The position numbers and the translations under genes are program-made. From NCBI RefSeq assembly GCF_052425735.1, contig NC_135761.1:17236001-17300000 (forward strand): a stretch of DNA of 64,000 nucleotides, read 5' to 3'. The notes beneath the pieces are model-generated. The model did no database searches. It was given only the letters and a program-made list of their open reading frames with translations, and was not told where the DNA came from. Shown piece after piece: positions 13,701-25,199 of the stretch; position 1 is the first letter of the stretch; every line of letters starts with the position of its first letter. The stretch is from Oculina patagonica. Lineage: Eukaryota.

Positions 13701-15037
13701 CTTAAAGAGAAGAAAGAGGACGGACATTGCCCTAAGGATTCGATAGGCACTTGCACCGTGGAGTGCGACGACGATGGTAAATTTTGTGAATTGGTTTGTA
13801 AACTTTGCAATAGGGAGATCGTTCTTGATAGCATAATCTGCATCTGGTATTTAGAAATTCGCCTTAACACACATTATCATAACTAGAAAAAAGGGAAGCC
13901 TCGAGCCAAGTGGCCCATACTGCCGGAGCTTATCCCGGTTTCTGTAGCATTAAGCGGCTAGGAATATTTCTACTCCCCCCTGAATGGGATGCTAGTCCAT
14001 CGCAGGGTACTCCCCCCCCTCCCCAGCATTATGTCGCCGGTACCCATTTATACACCTAGGTGGAGAGAGCGATGAGAGTAAAGTGTCCTGCCCAAGAACA
14101 CAACACAATGACCCCGGCCAGGCCTCGAACCCGGACCGCTCGATCCGGATTCCGGCGCACTAACCATTAGGCCACCGCGCCTCCCATATCATAACTAGAA
14201 AGATTTTGCAAAATTTAATTTTAATGTCAAATGTGAAAGGAATCAGGTCAAAACCTGTTTCAATTCTTTGCTTTTGTTAACCCCAGCTACAGAAATGTCT
14301 GTGACTGTGGCACGTCTCGCTACACAGCTTTACAACTGTTTTTCAATAGGAAATATCTCGTTTAAGGGGCTATGTCACCATAGGTAAATTCGTCTGTGTA
14401 ACGTATAAAATTGCCTTCTAATTGAAGTAAATCACAGATCAGAATAATAGTTTATCAAAGTAGAAAAACGCCAACGAGAGAAATGAACAAAGAAAAACTT
14501 GGAGAACTGGCTGCAATTGAGAAAGACTGAGATGGATTGTAATTGACAAACAGTTAAAAATAATGAGGCTTAATTTTTCACGTGCCATCTGTGACATTGT
14601 CCCTTAAATATTTCACGTTTCTCTCATATTTGTTAAGAAAATACAGATATTTATGTATTTTACAAAGAAAATATAAAACGGCCGGTCGTTTCTTTTAACG
14701 TAGCCTTATGCAAACACTCGGGAATTATTTTACGCTTGAGACAAATAAAAAAAGGCGAGCGACGGGAAATAAGCAAAAATGCAATCGTCTGGTATAACCT
14801 GCGCAAACGCTCTTAGTTTGCGATTAAATGTTTGAGGTATGAACAATCAAACAAAGTCGTGGCCAGTTATGCACACAGAATGCAGTTTTTTTTATTCTTA
14901 AATAAATGATTTTTTTGTTGGTGTTACGGCGATAATTAATTGAGTTGCTTCTTTTGTATTCAGATTCCGGAGGTATTCACAACTCGCCAAACTTCGCTGC
15001 AGTTGTTCTGCTGGCCATTGCAACGTTTGTCAAGTGA
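1750..15037 (+). CDS. Gene A: secreted, probably GPI-anchored DOMON + mucin-like stalk + SEA-like + Cys-rich surface protein (9 coding exons, about 592 aa)
   Basis: GT-AG exons with compatible phases: 1750-1810 (signal peptide MVKTNFIATLMILQGFLFLY), 5069-5286, 6460-6606, 7634-7745 (DOMON: YNVSW, GWVGFG, M-x-x-x-D, LDLQQDW, TTLFFCR, IIWAY, H-x-x-RG), 8053-8721 (stalk), 11638-11720 and 12402-12618 (SEA-like), 13579-13776 (8 Cys), 14964-15037 (DSGG-spacer-hydrophobic tail). Total 1779 nt, divisible by 3, no internal stop. Exons 3-9 have counterparts in the inverted copy. Confidence 0.85.
4491..4560. mobile_element. 70-bp near-perfect palindromic MITE (TAG...CTA), 8-bp TSD GGTTTTGC
   Basis: Hairpin with one mismatch; TSD at 4483-4490 and 4561-4568. 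Confidence 0.85.
4883..5016. other. Assembly gap in intron 1 of gene A
   Basis: Run of N. Confidence 0.99.
5069..7745 (+). CDS. DOMON domain exons of gene A (DOMON_DOH-like; candidate heme ligands Met and His present)
   Basis: Translated motifs NYNVSWTFN...LYFKVEVNTTGWVGFGLANEAPTNMTDYDVAVGGV / DYLTIG..QPQLDLQQDWKLI....DNGVTTLFFCRAKNTSDEND / IYIIWAYH...FPKHTARG. Confidence 0.88.
8053..8721 (+). repeat. Coding tandem repeats of the gene A stalk: about 9 x 24-bp (SPTTSSVS), then about 8 x 39-45-bp (ASVTTTAAG5-8)
   Basis: Directly visible arrays, bounded by the acceptor TTTAG at 8052 and donor GTTGGT at 8722. Confidence 0.93.
9410..11312. mobile_element. Kolobok-like TTAA-flanked non-autonomous element (TIR AGGGACTATGTCACGG)
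   Basis: Inverted termini visible; the right-hand copy (about 53346-53912) lacks about 1.3 kb of internal sequence. Related short elements at about 3260-3616, 14362-14607, 23901-24274 and 24608-24980. Confidence 0.75.
13890..14186 (-). mobile_element. tRNA-derived SINE with 15-bp TSD TATCATAACTAGAAA
   Basis: Pol III A box (TGGCCTAATGG) and B box (GGTTCGAGGCC) on the minus strand; TSD at 13875-13889 and 14187-14201; absent at about 50805 in the right copy. Confidence 0.88.
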
Positions 15038-18000
15038 GTAGCAAACTAAAAAAAAAATAATGCCAATTTTGCAACGGCTGTCCTTGAGCTTAAACCCAGT
15101 AGACGGGTGTCATCCAGGGAATGGACATGGTGAGAGGGGGGTAGTGGAAAATGGTAGTGGGAGGGGAAGTGGTATACCAACATGCCTTTTTTTAGATCAA
15201 AGGGGTCTATGAGCCACTCGTGAATGCGTTACCTAATTTGCATAATGTTTACAACACATCGATGGAAGGACGGAAGGATGGAAGGCTAAACTTCCCCACT
15301 ATACTCGTTCATGCATTCACGAGTAAAAACTACCCAATATACCCAGAACACCCAAAAATGCTTCCCAAAAAAGTTACTAACTCATTGCCTATTCATAGTT
15401 AATTTATTGCCTGCATGGTACCATGTTCGTCATCTTTGATTCGCAATCTTGCCAAAATTAACTGAGATTGTGAATGTAACTGCAAGAAAGAGGATAAATC
15501 AAAATGTCCCAAAACATGGCTACCATGAAAAAGTTCTATCGCTAAAAAATGTTCAGTGATAGATTTTAGCAAAATTCGCTTAATACACTGCGTATTCAAT
15601 GACCGTCCGCTCGCGATCGGCCAAAACCTGTGCATAGTTAAACCGGTTTACTTAGCCGAAAATACTTGTAAAATTGTTTGATTAATCGCCGGATCGCTAG
15701 CCCAGAGGAAGAATCACTTGGCTGTTGGTCGGAAGGTTTCCAAATGAATTATGATAGGAATCGGCGCGAGCTGCAACGATGAATTATTTTAATTTATGAT
15801 AAGTACTCTCAAATAACGTTTCTGTGTTATCTGTTTCCTCCACAGAACGATATTCTATTAAAGGAACAAGTAAAGAAACAAACCACAGCTTTGCAGGAGA
15901 AGGCGGAAACAAATGTACATTTTTAACACCACATGCATCTCACGATAAAGTTGCTTCACACAAAAACTCTTTCTTTGATTATTTCCCTTTGAGACCTGGA
16001 AGCGAAGAACAACTCTGACATCACCAAAGGGATGTGGAGGATTGTTTTATAACTCGACAAGTTTTTCACCCTGAATTGCTGTTAGCTTTTAATTCTAGGC
16101 AATGCAGTTAAATTTAGGTCATAGAGATTTAGATCATAGATTTTTCTTAGTTTTTAAACAAACATACATACACGTGATAAATTGGGGGCTAAAAAAATAC
16201 AACTCGCCATCTTTTACAGTGAAAAATGGAGGTAACATCAGGGACGTAACCAGACTTTTGCATAGACGAGGCAAGATCTTGCCTGGAGGTTCTGGGAGCA
16301 TGCTCTCCACAACATTTGAAGAACTAGTAGCTCTGAATCTATTTCTTAAACATTTTTCATAAGGCATTTCTGAAAAAAAAAATCACTCTTGTTTAACTGG
16401 GGATTATTTTCCCAACTAAACACATTTTGTTTTTAATTTTGGGTAAAAATTAAGACGAGGCAAGTGCCCCGTCTTGCCTCTTGGTAGTTACGGCCCTGAA
16501 CATAACGTCTTTACCGTAAAGAGAACAGTATCTTTTTTTGCGGAGTGGTCGGTCATGTACAAGGTAAAAAAGTTTTGATTATTTTCCAGTCAGAAATTCA
16601 TGCATATCGAGTTCTACGGCATAACAATGTATTATATATCGTACTCAATAAAACCAAACGCATGTTGCCATAATTTAGCGACAATAGAACAATCGATAAT
16701 GACAAGTTAATGTAAATTAGGGAGTTGATTTTATCTAAGTAAAACGTGTGTGAATCTTTTCATAGCAAATTCATTTGTGGGTCTCGATGGGGTTGCAAAA
16801 CGTGACGTTTCGGGGACACGGTGGAACCGCGTTGGCTAAAAACGGTCCAAAATAGCACTGATTTAGTCAGTTAATGAACAATTAACTGACAACTGGCAAC
16901 GTAGTAAAGTAAACTCGCATCACTAATTGTTTGACCCATTTAGTGGAAATATCGCATTTCAATACGCGATGTAAACAGATTAGTATATATGAAATAGTTT
17001 AGTCTATATTGCATTAACCCACCCTGCACAATATTTTGTATAACATAACAAGCTTTTAATTAAATAAAAAAGTGTGTGTGTAAATAAACGAGGAACATTG
17101 CAGTTTTGGTTTTTTTCTTGTATTGCAATTGGGGCTGTGAAAGAGAAAACTGTTACCACACCAAAGTTTGACTCCGAGCAGCCAGTATCCGATCTGGAAT
17201 GAACTGACCGCTCTGAAAAGACTTCGTACAAATCGAGTGGAAATAGGGTTGGGGAGGGGGGCAAACAGGTTAACGGATCGAGGGATTTGGCTAAGAAAAT
17301 ACACCTGGGGTATCTTATCGAACAAAATCGAACCAGTCCAACTCAATCGAACAACAATCGTTTTATTGGGTTCGGTTAACGAACAGCATCGAACATCTAA
17401 TTGCTGTGATTTCGAACTGACGCACCTAATCGAACTTAATTTGATTCGATTTTGTTCGAAAACAGGAGTTTGATAATCGAGCATTCGATTAAGTACGATT
17501 GTCGACCGTTCGGTAATCAAACGTTTGATTGTGTTTGTCAACGCTTTACATGATGCAGTTACGTTACCTGCGAATCGGAAATAAGCAATGATAGAAAACT
17601 TCTTGAAAAATCGGCATAAAAAAAACATAGACAATCCATTGCAATGAAACAAAGGCACAGAAAATTTTGAAGTAATGCAGATATGGATTTGAACAAAAAT
17701 AGAGGCAGGTCAACGGATTGAGCCAAATATATATCACACATCGGTGGACTTGGGTACCTTTATTCACCTCCTTTATTAGTTAGCAGAGCCACGAGTTTTG
17801 GTTTTTACTGTTTTTTGGCTTAATTATAATTGTCGCTCGCGCGAAGGATCCTGAAGAGCACGGGGCAGCAACTGCGTATTGCTTTTGGGCGGGGCTTTTG
17901 GGGAGTAACCTTGGAAAAAGTAGGGCCGGTCGACATACGGTTTCTCTTAACCAAATATACTCTTTTCTAGTCAATTCATCTTTCGAACTCGGAGATTCTT

Positions 18001-19444
18001 CAGACATGCAAGGCTCATCAATACTAGTCCCTCTGCAAATGTTTGTGTCAACTTGAGCACATAGCAAGAAGTTAGGGGGAGGGGGTGGATGGCACTAGCC
18101 CTCAAACCTTTATTATCAGACCACAGCACAAAATTGAAACAAGAGGAGTAAATAATTTGAAATTGTAGCTTGGCCAGAAACTTTACTTAGGCCCAACACA
18201 GTCATTAGGCTACAATTACTTCATCTAATGTGATCCAGTGTGGTAGGAGTGCTTGTCACGTGACTTACCCAGGCCCAAAATGCCACCCTAAGCCTAAATC
18301 AAACCCTAACCCCAACAACTCATCCCTAATCTTAACCCATAAGCCTTTAACCTGCAACTCTAATCCAGACACTATTATGGGTTAAGCATAACCCTAGCTT
18401 TTACTCCGTGGTGTCGTAAGTCCTGGTCACGTGACCCCTATTGTTCTGTTTAAAAGAGTAGAATTCTGACAAGCTTTTTGAGAGACAGAAGACTAGGCTG
18501 ATACTGCATTACTTCAAAAAAATTGTTTGACACGCTCTACTTAAAAGCACCTCCTCCCAAAAACAACAGCGCACTTGACTTTGAAAATACGGCGGATCGC
18601 AGATCAGCTGAATTATTCCGGTCTCTGCTTGTCTTGAGGTTCGGATCGTGGATCGTAAACAAAGTATGGATCGTGACGTTTTATCTGCCTTGGTCGGTTT
18701 GTTTTTGGACAAACTACAATCTTTGACATGGGACCTGCCTCCCCTCCAATCTTACATGCAAAAATTCCTCAGAAAATACAGCCCCCGCGCCCCTCCCTGA
18801 TGCTAGCTCCTGACGTTACCAGAAAATGCTCAGAGACCTAGGGCGAGCACACTATCCCGCTCAAGTAGAACCCCAAAGATTTTTGAAACACAAATCTCCA
18901 TCCACTTGTGTATAAGCCCTCCCCGAAAATAAGCCCACCTGAGGAACGTCGAGTAAATATTAGCTCAGGACTTAATTTCGGAATTTAGCGGTAATTGCCC
19001 TCCCCATGGTCATAAGTTTCTTCAATTAAACGAATTTGAACAACACCAATTTTTTTTGTTTCATGAATAAAGTTTATTACGCTGAGTTGTTAAAAAGAAA
19101 TCCAACATTACAATATCCGCAAAAACGCAGTTATATGCACACACAAATTGATAAAAGATAATGAAATACAAAACTGCACTTGTCTACTGGAAAAAAATAA
19201 CTTGAAATAGGGTATGAAAATTATCATTGAGTATATCAGGGTTTTTATTAAAATAATTAGGAAGCACCATTTATACGTTGTCCGTTACCATGCTTACTCC
19301 AATTGTATGACACCATCCTCTAGTATACAATTACACACCAAACCCACAGTCCTCCATTTTGCTTCGACGAAGCACTAATGCTCTCGAAACGCAGTTTTTA
19401 AAATTACCTTTATCAACTTCTAGTTGTTAATCAAACTACATGTA

Positions 19445-19965
19445 AATGAAGAGAAGATCCTCACAGTTATGAACACAACTTAAGCAGTTGCGAAAAGAAA
19501 GCCTGAAAAAATCAGGCTTTCCGGGACTCGAATCCTGACCTCGCTCCGATGCAGCGCTCTAATCGATTGAGCTAACAAGCCAACTGGGAGCTGGTCATTA
19601 AATTGATTCGTAATATATCGCGGGGAAGATGAAGATAAAATTATGAATATATGAAATCATATATATGAACTGCGGATGATGAATAAATGAAGAGAAGATC
19701 CTCGCAGTCATGAACACAACTTAAGCAGTTTCGAAAATTAAGCGTGAAAAATCAGGCTTGCCGGGACTCGGTCCCTGACCTCTGCACTACCGGTGCAGCG
19801 CTCTAATCGATTGAGCTAACAAGCCAACTGGGAGCTCGTCATTAAATTGGTTAGAGCGCTGCACCGGTATCGCAGAGGTCAGGGTTCGAGTCCCGGCAAG
19901 CCTGATTTTTTTTTCAGGCTTTCTTTTCGCAACTGCTTAAGTTGTGCTCGTAACTGCGAGGATGA
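19445..19965. repeat. Cluster of tRNA-like SINE/repeat units (two tandem plus one inverted); counterpart at 44690-45180
   Basis: TAGCTCAATCGATTAGAGCG...GGTTCGAGTCCC boxes embedded in repeat flanks. Confidence 0.8.
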
Positions 19966-21526
19966 TTACTTTAGTAATTTATTGACCTGTACATATCGAG
20001 ACACATGCCAAATGGCCATCGAACTAATTGCTTATTTCCGATCAACTGAGTTGGAAAACTGAGAGGAACACACACCACACTCAAACTGGGATTATGGCTG
20101 AAAATAGTTGTCAAGTTTCACGTGAACAAAAACACACTCGTCCATCGTGAAATACAAATCACTTAAACACCCATTGGACTACAAGGAGATGGAATGAGAA
20201 GCTTGGGTTCCCCTTTAACGCCAACCTGAAAATGATACCACTTATACACATTTCCTACCTAGGCAGATAGGCACGCGTTTGACATTCGCGCGATCACTTC
20301 TGGGCACAGAACGTAATCCCACACGTTAAGATTAGCCATCAATCCTTGAAATGATTGTGAGCTTTGAAAGCCACCAGCGAGTGAATCTTGGTCTTGACCC
20401 AGGATCAGCGATCCTCCAGAGCGTATCACGTGACCCACTTTGAAGTTTGTGTCAGCCAGGACCCCGTCTTTGTAAAATTTCAACGAGCCAGCGGTGTTCT
20501 CCCAGGATGTACAAATATGGTGCCATTTGTCGTCATTGGCTGATATGCCTAGATCCCTGTTACAAAAAAAGAAAGACAATAGGCCTTATGCATGATAACG
20601 TCATATGCTCAAAATTCACCACCAAGCCTCGTTTACGGGACTTATTTTCAACCTTCGGCTACCTTTATGCAGTTTTCGCGTGGGTATTCTTTTCATCTTT
20701 GCTTCTTAGGGGATTCGTTCATGATAAAATTTACAAAATCGCACTTCGAAAGCGAGGCTTGGTGGTGAAACTTGCCAGTCTGACGTAAACATGCAAAAGG
20801 GCTATTATGCTATTCTTATGGCTGAAAGAATAAGCTAAATTTGTGTGCACGAGGGATATGTTCGTTCGGCCTTGTCCGTCGCAGGATCCCAGAAGCATTT
20901 TTAGGTCGCCCTAATAGTTAGCTTGTACATTTATTCCCCTTGGTGGAGAGAGGCACTGCACGTGAGAGAAAAGCGACTTGTCCAAGAACCTAAAGGCCGT
21001 GGCAAACGACAACATATTGTTGCGGACACAAAATTTGGGTCCGATACGCAAAAAAATGTTTCTCTTTTTTTTTCTCTTTTTTCGGAATTTTTTTTTTGTC
21101 CCAACAAATGTTTCCGCGTTTGCTCACCCAAGAAACATCATGAGCAACAATGTGTCCTTGTTTGGCACGGCCTTTGCGCAACTACCCCCTCAGGCAGCCA
21201 GGGCTTGCCAAGCAAGATAGCGGGAACAAAAATGAGGCAAAGCCTGCTCACAATATTCATATGCGTGCGGAAAAGGATTACAAAATGAAATGTACGCAGT
21301 TTTAGCAACCACTCGACGTGTTCTGTTGAAAAGCTGCGAATCTTATTGGTCGTTCCACTGTTTTCAATTTAACAAATACGAGCCCGAATTTTCTATGAGC
21401 GAATGTACGGTAGTCAACGAGGCGCAGCAGAGTTGATTATCGCTCATAGTAAACGAAAGCCAGTAGTCTTATTGTTTCAGTACTACCTCTAAACTGATTG
21501 CAGTCCAAAACCTACATTTTTATGTA

Positions 21527-22827
21527 CTGTGGAACCCCGATATAACGATATGCCAAGAGAGCAGTAAAATTATATCGTTTTAATATACAATCTTCGTTCA
21601 CTGTCCAAAATCCACGCGCGCAATTGGTTAAAATAGATCACGTGATTTTGCTTTACCTGTCGTCAGCAAACTCAGACAGTGCAGTATTGACAATAATGCA
21701 CGAAAATCGTGCATTATTGAAGGTGTCTTCAGCTTCAAAGCTTGTAGAAGTGGAAGAAAAGTATATTCCTCAAATTATCAACGATCCAATACCAAACAAA
21801 ATCGAAGAGGATAACAACTTGAAGCGCTTTCATGTTCAAAGGTAAACTGCAGCTCAATAAATACATTTTTGTGTGCGATTGACTTGCTTGTAGTTGCTTG
21901 ATTGTGAAAGCCATCGACTTGCATTGAACAAGCTTCTCGCTGACTGTATTTATGAACGACCACAGGTGATGAACGATTTTATGAACCATTTTAAGTTTTA
22001 TTTCTGTACGGCTAATTTGTGATTTTTATATTATTGATGTAATTCCGTGTAATTATGTACTACTACACTTCTTATTTTTAAACATTAAGTTTGTTGTTTG
22101 AAGTTCGTTAAGTCGATGATCGCTTGCAGTTCGATGCAGTGTACTCAGATTGTATATTAAAAGGGTTAGAGTCTGTTCGTTCGTGTTTTGTTGACAAATA
22201 CACGCACTTGCTGGCCTCACAATGAACTCAAAATTTTCAATACTGCACTCGGCTACGCCTCGTGCAGTATTGAAAATTTCTCGTTCATTGTGCGGCCAGC
22301 GCGTGCGTGTATTTGTCAACAAAACACTCACAACAGTCTCTAACCCATAAATATTGAAGAATCGTTATATCAAAACTTCCGATATAACGATATGGCCGTA
22401 AAATAACCGAAAATATCGTTATATCGGAGTAAACCTAACAAGTACTTTTTACTGCATATAAAAGGAGGATAAAGAGAATAATTTTGATAAAGAGGCTTAG
22501 AACACAGTATCAATTCATTTATCATCGTACTGAAAGCTGTCTACAGAAGCGTTAGAGATCAGTCAATAACTGTAATGTTATTGCATTAAATTCGATGTTT
22601 TGCAAATAAATTGTGACTGTTTACTGATAATGTCGTTATATCGGGAGAAATTTTAGGTTCGGTCCGCTAAATTCTCGTTGTTGTACCGGGAACATCGTTA
22701 TATCGAAGATCGTTATATCGGAGTTCCGTCCCATACATTTTACTGTAACTTTTGCCGGGACATAGAATATTCATCGTTATATCGGGAATATCGTTATATC
22801 GAGGATCGTTATATCGGGGTTCCACTG
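21527..22827. mobile_element. Tc1/pogo-like non-autonomous element (TA-flanked) with nested inserts
   Basis: TIR C(A/T)GTGGAACCCCGATATAACGA at both ends; repeated CGTTATATCG motifs. Confidence 0.75.
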
Positions 22828-23402
22828 TACTTTTAAGCCAAACATCAAGAAAAACTGTCACTTTTAAACTATAAAAAGAAACGCGCGCGCGATCGTGTTC
22901 GTTTTTCTATCAGCAAACGCAAAACAAAGGAAAACCAATCAAATCCGCGGTTTTCCAATAGACCACGGTTGAGTTCCTACTAAACGCTGATGGTCTTGAA
23001 AGGAAAAATGATTTGTGATTTTTGGCTTAAAAATAAATAAAATTGTAAGAATGTCTGCTAAAACTCTCCCTCATTTTCTATGAGCGATAGCCAACTGGGC
23101 TGCGCCTCACAGTTGACTATTATTATCTTTTTTTTTTGCTCAAAGAAAACTCGGGCTCGTAGTCTATATGGAAAATTGGTAGAACTCTAGACAAGTAGTA
23201 TTCTAATGTAAACGCTGCAATCTTGTTGGCTGACAGAAATTTGTATAACTTTGGTTTATATAATTTAGTGGTTTTTTGTATAAAAGAAACATTACAGAAT
23301 TACAGAACATTTTATTAAAAGAATACAATCTACAGTAACACTGTAAAACTGTAAACAGGTTAAAATCACTTACTTGCGAGCGAGCATTCAGCGTTGACGT
23401 TG

Positions 23403-23654
23403 AGGGGTATCAAAATAATTAATGGTCTTTGCGAGCATGCGAGCACAGCGTTTTTCTTTGCGAGCACGAGCATTGACAAAAATTAGCCTTGCGAGCAACG
23501 AGCGCTTTTTAAAAACCTACCTTCACTAAAAACCGAGCATGCGAGCACTTGTAAAATATTGCAAGCACGAGCAAACGAGCACCCACTAAAATTTTGCGAG
23601 CATTTGCGAGCATTGCGAGCACTGCGACATTTTGAGGGACCATTCATGACCCCT
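23403..23654. mobile_element. 252-bp MITE with AGGGGT termini, many GCGAGCA motifs and 6-bp TSD ACGTTG
   Basis: TSD at 23397-23402 and 23655-23660; excision restores a signal-peptide exon. Confidence 0.85.
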
Positions 23655-24572
23655 ACGTTGCTGAAGACAAGACCGAGACAAATACAGACCAATAAAGAAA
23701 ACATGATCCACTCCTCATAACCTGAAAAAATAAACCGGTTATAAATATTGCTGAGATTAAGAAGACAAGGTGTAACTTTTATGGTCAGCCTACTAATAGA
23801 TACACCTTACTACATGGGCATCGACAAAACAGTACTTTCTTGCATTCCTCCGAGACAAATAAATGTTATCTAAGTCACAGCGAATTGTAATCAGTCTTAA
23901 TTAAAGGGATACTGTCCCCAGTTTCACCTCAAAAAAACTCAAGAGCCTAAAGACATGGAAACTACGAATACTGGTCCAATTTTGTTAAAAAATCACAATG
24001 TAAGTGTACTGAAGCGATAAACAAGTGATATTATTGTGATGCCATCAGGAACTTTAGATCTCAACTTGAAAAAATCAGGCTGATTTTTTAAGTTTTGTCC
24101 TTGTGGACTGGAAAAACACCTAAAAATTATTATGGCTCCCTTCTTCCTTCAGCAACAATTTACTTTATATCTCCATCTTGGTGTATTATATTAGGTGCAT
24201 TTCATGTACGAAAAGACCTATTCGCCAATTTTCCAAAAAGTATTAAAATTTGCGTGACACTAGTGTCCCTTTAAGATGACTGATCGAAACCCCTAATAGG
24301 TACAAATTACAGCCAGATTTATTTTAACACTTGGTGAGTACCTAGATTTCTAATGATTCAAAGATTGATTTATAATGATAACGTAGTGCAATTGATGATT
24401 ATTTAACGACATGAAGACGACATGGCCTAGCTGCACATTCACAGCGAATTACAAACTTATTGCTAACCCGAGGTGGCCTCCCCCATAAGCCTTGTGGTTT
24501 GTTGGAGGTCTCCTCGCGCTATCTTTTTAAGTTATTTTAATTTGTATGTTTAATTCTGAAGTGGCAAATAAT

Positions 24573-24605
<33 letters not shown>

Positions 24606-25199
24606 CATGAAAGGGGCAGTATCACGAGAATCACTTCGAAAAGTCAAAGTCAAAAGAAATATTTCTATTAATGGCAACTCTAAAATAATGGTCTAGCTTT
24701 GTTAAAATGGCTATAACAGTCCACTAAAGTAACAAAAGATGTAATATCATGAGTTATATAGGCATGATATTTCAAACAGACGTTTTCAAAATCTGTCCAT
24801 GTGTCATGGACAAATCGTTAAAAACTAAATACATTTTGCCCTCCTTTGAAATATACACGTAATATCTTCACCTTGGTGTTCTAGGCGAATCTTTTCAATG
24901 AGTGAAGCTATATTGAGGCATAATTTTAGCTCCTTTACCGCGAAAATGCATCAAGTGAAATCGCCATGATACTGCCCCATTCTGATTCACATCAGATCGA
25001 CCAAATTCGCTCGGGTTTTTTTCTCATCAAACATGTTAAAGTCATATTAATTAAAAATTATAGTATTCATTTATTTTTATGACTCTAGAGTAAAAACTAT
25101 TTTTTTTTTTCGTTATCATAAAGACCAATCGATATTTTTAGAGCTTGTCTGACTATAGAGTTTTCATCATTTTGGTGTAGGTAATTTAAATAACTTATT

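Larger units (their letters stand above)
20164..23704 (-). pseudogene. Pentraxin pseudogene, divergently oriented paralog of gene P
   Basis: Signal exon 23704-23374 (MFSLLVCICLGLVFSNVNAECSLA once the MITE is removed; donor GTAAGT). C-terminal pentraxin exon starts at 20556 and has an in-frame TAG at 20261-20259. I could not find the N-terminal pentraxin exon between them. Confidence 0.78.

Noticed and set aside
17004-18067. ORFs shared between the two arms (for example 17056-17658 and 46578-47529)
   Set aside because: Shared only because of the duplication; frames break differently in each copy and no domain motifs are seen.
19445-19965. Possible tRNA genes (also 36383-36465 and 44780-45110)
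   Set aside because: A and B boxes are present but embedded in multicopy SINE-type flanks and are degenerate; no convincing complete cloverleaf by eye.
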